Shown here piece by piece: positions 58,739 to 64,000 of a stretch of DNA of 64,000 nt (position 1 is its first letter; each line of letters starts with the position of its first letter). The stretch lies in assembly GCF_009914755.1 (NCBI RefSeq), contig NC_060925.1. The stretch is one strand, 5' to 3'. The notes beneath the pieces were generated by a model. The model was not told the origin of the DNA and did not search any database. It was given only the letters and a program-made list of their open reading frames with translations. The position numbers and the translations under genes were made by a program. This stretch comes from the human T2T-CHM13v2.0 reference genome, Homo sapiens.

Positions 58739-61700
58739 GAATTCAAAGGAATCATCATCAAATGGAACCGAATGGAATCCTCATTGAATGGAAATGAAAG
58801 GGGTCATCATCTAATGGAATCGCATGGAATCATCATCAAATGGAATCGAATGGAATCATCATCAAATGGAATCTAATGGAATCATTGAACAGAATTGAAT
58901 GGAATCGTCATCGAATGAATTGAATGCAATCATCGAATGGTCTCGAATGGAATCATCTTCTAATGGAAAGGAATGGAATCATCGCATAGAATCGAATGGA
59001 ATTATCATCGAATGGAATCGAATGGTATCAACACCAAACGGAAAAAAACGGAATTATCGAATGGAATCGAAGAGAATCTTCGAACGGACCCGAATGGAAT
59101 CATCTAATGGAATGGAATGGAATAATCCATGGATTCGAATGCAATCATCATCGAATGGAATCGAATGGAATCATCGAATGGACTCGAATGGAATAATCAT
59201 TGAACGGAATCGAATGGAATCATCATCGGATGGAAACGAATGGAATCATCATCGAATGGAAATGAAAGGAGTCATCATCTAATGGAATTGCATGGAATCA
59301 TCATAAAATGGAATCGAATGGAATCAACATCAAATGGAATCAAATGGAATCATTGAACGGAATTGAATGGAATCGTCATCGAATGAATTGACTGCAATCA
59401 TCGAATGGTCTCGAATGGAATCATCTTCAAATGGAATGGAATGGAATCATCGCATAGAATCGAATGGAATTATCATCGAATGGAATCGAATGGAATCAAC
59501 ATCAAACGGAAAAAAACGGAATTATCGAATGGAATCGAAGAGAATCATCGAATGGACCCGAATGGAATCATCTAATGGAATGGAATGGAATAATCCATGG
59601 ACTCGAATGCAATCATCATCGAATGGAATCGAATGGAATCATCGAATGGACTCGAATGGAATAATCATTGAACGGAAACGAATGGAATCATCATCGGATG
59701 GAAATGAATGGAATCATCATCGAATGGAATCGAATAGAATTATGGAATGAAATCCAGTGTGATCATCATCGAATGGACCCGAATGGAATCATCATCCAAC
59801 GGAAGCTAATGGAATCAACATCGAATGAATCGAATGGAAACACCATCGAATTGAAACGAATGGAATTATCATGAAATTGAAATGGATGGACTCATCATCG
59901 AATGGATTCGAATGGAATCATCGAATAAAATTGATTGAAATCATCATCGAATGGAATCGAATGGTATCATTGAATGGAATCGAATGGAATCATCATCAGA
60001 TGGAAATGAATGGAATCGTCATAGAATGGAATCGAATGGATTCATTGAATGGAATCAGATGGAATCATCGAATGGACTGGAATGGAATCATTGAATGGAC
60101 TCGAAAGGGATCATGATTGAATGGAATTGAATGGAATCATCGAATGGTCTCGATTGGAATCATTATCAAATGGAATCGAATGGAATCACCGAATAGAATC
60201 GAATGGAACAATCATCGAATGGACTCAAATGGAATTATCCTCAAATGGAATCGAATGGAATTATCGAATGCAATCGAATGGAATTATCGAATGCAATCGA
60301 ATAGAATCATCGAATGGACTCGAATGGAATCATCGAATGGAATGGAATGGAACAGTCAATGAACACGAATGGAATCATCATTGAATGGAATCGAATGGAA
60401 TCATCGAGTGGAATCGAATGGAATTATGATCAAATGGAATCGAATGTAATCATCATCAAATGGAATCAAAAATAACCATCATCAATTGGTATTGAATGGA
60501 ATTGTCATCAAATGGAATTCAAAGGAATCATCATCAAATGGAACCGAATGGAATCCTCATTGAATGGAAATGAAAGGGGTCATCATCTAATGGAATCGCA
60601 TGGAATCATCATCAAATGGAATCGAATGGAATCATCATCAAATGGAATCTAATGGAATCATTGAACAGAATTGAATGGAATGGTCATTGAATGAATTGAA
60701 TGCAATCATCGAATGGTCTCGAATGGAATCATCTTCTAATGGAAAGGAATGGAATCATCGCATAGAATCGAATGGAATTATCATCGAATGGAATCGAATG
60801 GTATCAACACCAAACGGAAAAAAACGGAATTATCGAATGGAATCGAAGAGAATCTTCGAACGGACCCGAATGGAATCATCTAATGGAATAGAATGGAATA
60901 ATCCATGGACTCGAATGCAATCATCATCGAATGGAATCGAATGGAATCATCGAATGGACTCGAATGGAATAATCATTGAACAGAATCGAATGGAATCATC
61001 ATCAGATGGAAACGAATGGAATCATCATCGAATGGAAATGAAAGGTGTCATCATCTAATGGAATTGCATGGAATCATCATAAAATGGAATCGAATGGAAT
61101 CAACATCAAATGGAATCAAATGGAATCATTGAACGGAATTGAATGGAATCGTCATCGAATGAATTGACTGCAATCATCGAATGGTCTCGGAATCATCTTC
61201 AAATGGAATGGAATGGAATCATCGCATAGAATCGAATGGAATTATCATCGAATGGAATCGAATGGAATCAACATCAAACGGAAAAAAACGGAATTATCGA
61301 ATGGAATCGAAGAGAATCATCGAATGGACCCGAATGGAATCATCTAATGGAATGGAATGGAATAATCCATGGACTCGAATGCAATCATCATCGAATGGAA
61401 TTGAATGGAATCATCGAATGAACTCGAATGGAATCATCATTGAATGGAATCGAATGGAATCATCGAGTGGAATCGAATGGAATTATGATCAAATGGAATC
61501 GAATGTAATCATCATCAAATGGAATCAAAAATAACCATCATCAATTGGTATTGAATGGAATTGTCATCAAATGGAATTCAAAGGAATCATCATCAAATGG
61601 AACCGAATGGAATCCTCATTGAATGGAAATGAAAGGGGTCATCATCTAATGGAATCGCATGGAATCATCATCAAATGGAATCGAATGGAATCATCATCAA

Positions 61701-64000
61701 ATGGAATCTAATGGAATCATTGAACAGAATTGAATGGAATCGTCATCGAATGAATTGAATGCAATCATCGAATGGTCTCGAATGGAATCATCTTCTAATG
61801 GAAAGGAATGGAATCATCGCATAGAATCGAATGGAATTATCATCGAATGGAATCGAATGGTATCAACACCAAACGGAAAAAAACGGAATTATCGAATGGA
61901 ATCGAAGAGAATCTTCGAACGGACCCGAATGGAATCATCTAATGGAATGGAATGGAATAATCCATGGACTCGAATGCAATCATCATCGAATGGAATCGAA
62001 TGGAATCATCGAATGGACTCGAATGGAATAATCATTGAACGGAATCGAATGGAATCATCATCGGATGGAAACGAATGGAATCATCATCGAATGGAAATGA
62101 AAGGAGTCATCATCTAATGGAATTGCATGGAATCATCATAAAATGGAATCGAATGGAATCAACATCAAATGGAATCAAATGGAATCATTGAACGGAATTG
62201 AATGGAATCGTCATCGAATGAATTGACTGCAATCATCGAATGGTCTCGAATGGAATCATCTTCAAATGGAATGGAATGGAATCATCGAATAGAATCGAAT
62301 GGAATTATCATCGAATGGAATCAACATCAAACGGAAAAAAACGGAATTATCGAATGGAATCGAAGAGAATCATCGAAGGGACCCGAACGGAATCATCTAA
62401 TGGAATGGAATGGAATAATCCATGGACTCGAATGCAATCATCATCGAATGGAATCGAATGGAATCATCGAATGGACTCGAATGGAATAATCATTGAACGG
62501 AAACGAATGGAATCATCATCGGATGGAAATGAATGGAATCATCATCGAATGGAATCGAATAGAATTATGGAATGAAATCCAGTGTGATCATCATCGAATG
62601 GACCCGAATGGAATCATCATCCAACGGAAGCTAATGGAATCAACATCGAATGAATCGAATGGAAACACCATCGAATTGAAACGAATGGAATTATCATGAA
62701 ATTGAAATGGATGGACTCATCATCGAATGGATTCGAATGGAATCATCGAATAAAATTGATTGAAATCATCATCGAATGGAATCGAATGGTATCATTGATT
62801 GGAATCGAATGGAATCATCATCAGATGGAAATGAATGGAATCGTCATAGAATGGAATCGAATGGATTCATTGAATGGAATCAGATGGAATCATCGAATGG
62901 ACTGGAATGGAATCATTGAATGGACTCGAAAGGGATCATGATTGAATGGAATTGAATGGAATCATCGAATGGTCTCGATTGGAATCATTATCAAATGGAA
63001 TCGAATGGAATCACCGAATAGAATCGAATGGAACAATCATCGAATGGACTCAAATGGAATTATCCTCCAATGGAATCGAATGGAATTATCGAATGCAATC
63101 GAATGGAATTATCGAATGCAATCGAATAGAATCATCGAATGGACTCGAATGGAATCATCGAATGGAATGGAATGGAACAGTCAATGAACTCGAATGGAAT
63201 CATCATTGAATGGAATCGAATGGAATCATCGAGTGGAATCGAATGGAATTATGATCAAATGGAATCGAATGTAATCATCATGAAATGGAATCAAAAATAA
63301 CCATCATCAATTGGTATTGAATGGAATTGTCATCAAATGGAATTCAAAGGAATCATCATCAAATGGAACCGAATGGAATCCTCATTGAATGGAAATGAAA
63401 GGGGTCATCATCTAATGGAATCGCATGGAATCATCATCAAATGGAATCGAATGGAATCATCATCAAATGGAATCTAATGGAATCATTGAACAGAATTGAA
63501 TGGAATGGTCATCGAATGAATTGAATGCAATCATCGAATGGTCTCGAATGGAATCATCTTCTAATGGAAAGGAATGGAATCATCGCATAGAATCGAATGG
63601 AATTATCATCGAATGGAATCGAATGGTATCAACACCAAACGGAAAAAAACGGAATTATCGAATGGAATCGAAGAGAATCTTCGAACGGACCCGAATGGAA
63701 TCATCTAATGGAATGGAATGGAACAATCCATGGACTCGAATGCAATCATCATCGAATGGAATCGAATGGAATCATCGAATGGACTCGAATGGAATAATCA
63801 TTGAACGGAATCGAATGGAATCATCATCGGATGGAAACGAATGGAATCATCATCGAATGGAAATGAAAGGAGTCATCATCTAATGGAATTGCATGGAATC
63901 ATCATAAAATGGAATCGAATGGAATCAACATCAAATGGAATCAAATGGAATCATTGAACGGAATTGAATGGAATCGTCATCGAATGAATAGACTGCAATC

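Larger units (their letters stand above)
1..64000 (+). repeat. Human satellite 2 (HSat2/HSATII) tandem array, single orientation, open at both window ends
   Basis: Continuous degenerate GGAAT pentamers organised as 23/26-bp monomers (atcatcgaatggaatcgaatggaatc), dense TCGA, and no non-satellite sequence seen. The CATCATCGA-containing monomer is typical of HSat2, whereas HSat3 has long pure GGAAT runs with CAACCCGAGT spacers. Confidence 0.98.

Noticed and set aside
249-63883. All 60-217 aa ORFs as protein-coding genes
   Set aside because: They are direct translations of GGAAT-derived monomers in overlapping frames, with no recognisable domain and with stops and frameshifts tolerated between copies.
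1-64000. CRISPR array, DGR or retron-like repeat system
   Set aside because: There are no unique spacers and no cas or reverse transcriptase genes; the intervening sequence is itself satellite.
1-64000. HSat3 (chr9/DYZ1), chr16-type HSat2 or alpha satellite
   Set aside because: No long pure GGAAT runs or CAACCCGAGT spacers, no 3.5-kb or ~6-kb basic unit and no 171-bp monomer; the basic period is 1776 bp.
1-64000. Inversion or transposon insertion (Alu, L1) within the array
   Set aside because: The GGAAT strand stays on + throughout, no foreign sequence or poly(A) tail was seen, and all unit lengths are accounted for by satellite indels.

Overview
The whole 64 kb window is one uninterrupted, single-orientation tandem array of human satellite 2 (HSat2/HSATII). 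It is degenerate (GGAAT)n with CATCATCGAATGGAATCGAATGGAAT-type 23/26-bp monomers, GGAAT-rich strand on +. The dominant repeat unit is 1776 bp with one EcoRI site per unit, which fits the chromosome 1q12 '1.77-kb' (pUC1.77/HSat2A2-type) array; that chromosomal assignment is inferred from recalled family properties, not from an alignment. There are no genes, RNA genes, mobile elements or CRISPR arrays, and every ORF in the track is a translation artefact of the repeat. I found no new protein-coding system. What is notable is the nested architecture. The 41 complete units fall into 8 length classes: 1776 x17, 1772 x3, 1766 x4, 1753 x2, 1825 x1, 1308 x2, 1063 x6 and 1059 x6, each explained by a specific deletion or recombination. 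These units are assembled into local higher-order duplications of about 1.77, 2.84, 4.59, 5.67, 6.38 and 16.89 kb. The largest is a near-identical 11-unit, 16,888-bp tandem duplication. Unit lengths come from offsets of the homologous ORF start in each unit; duplication end points are approximate and read by eye.
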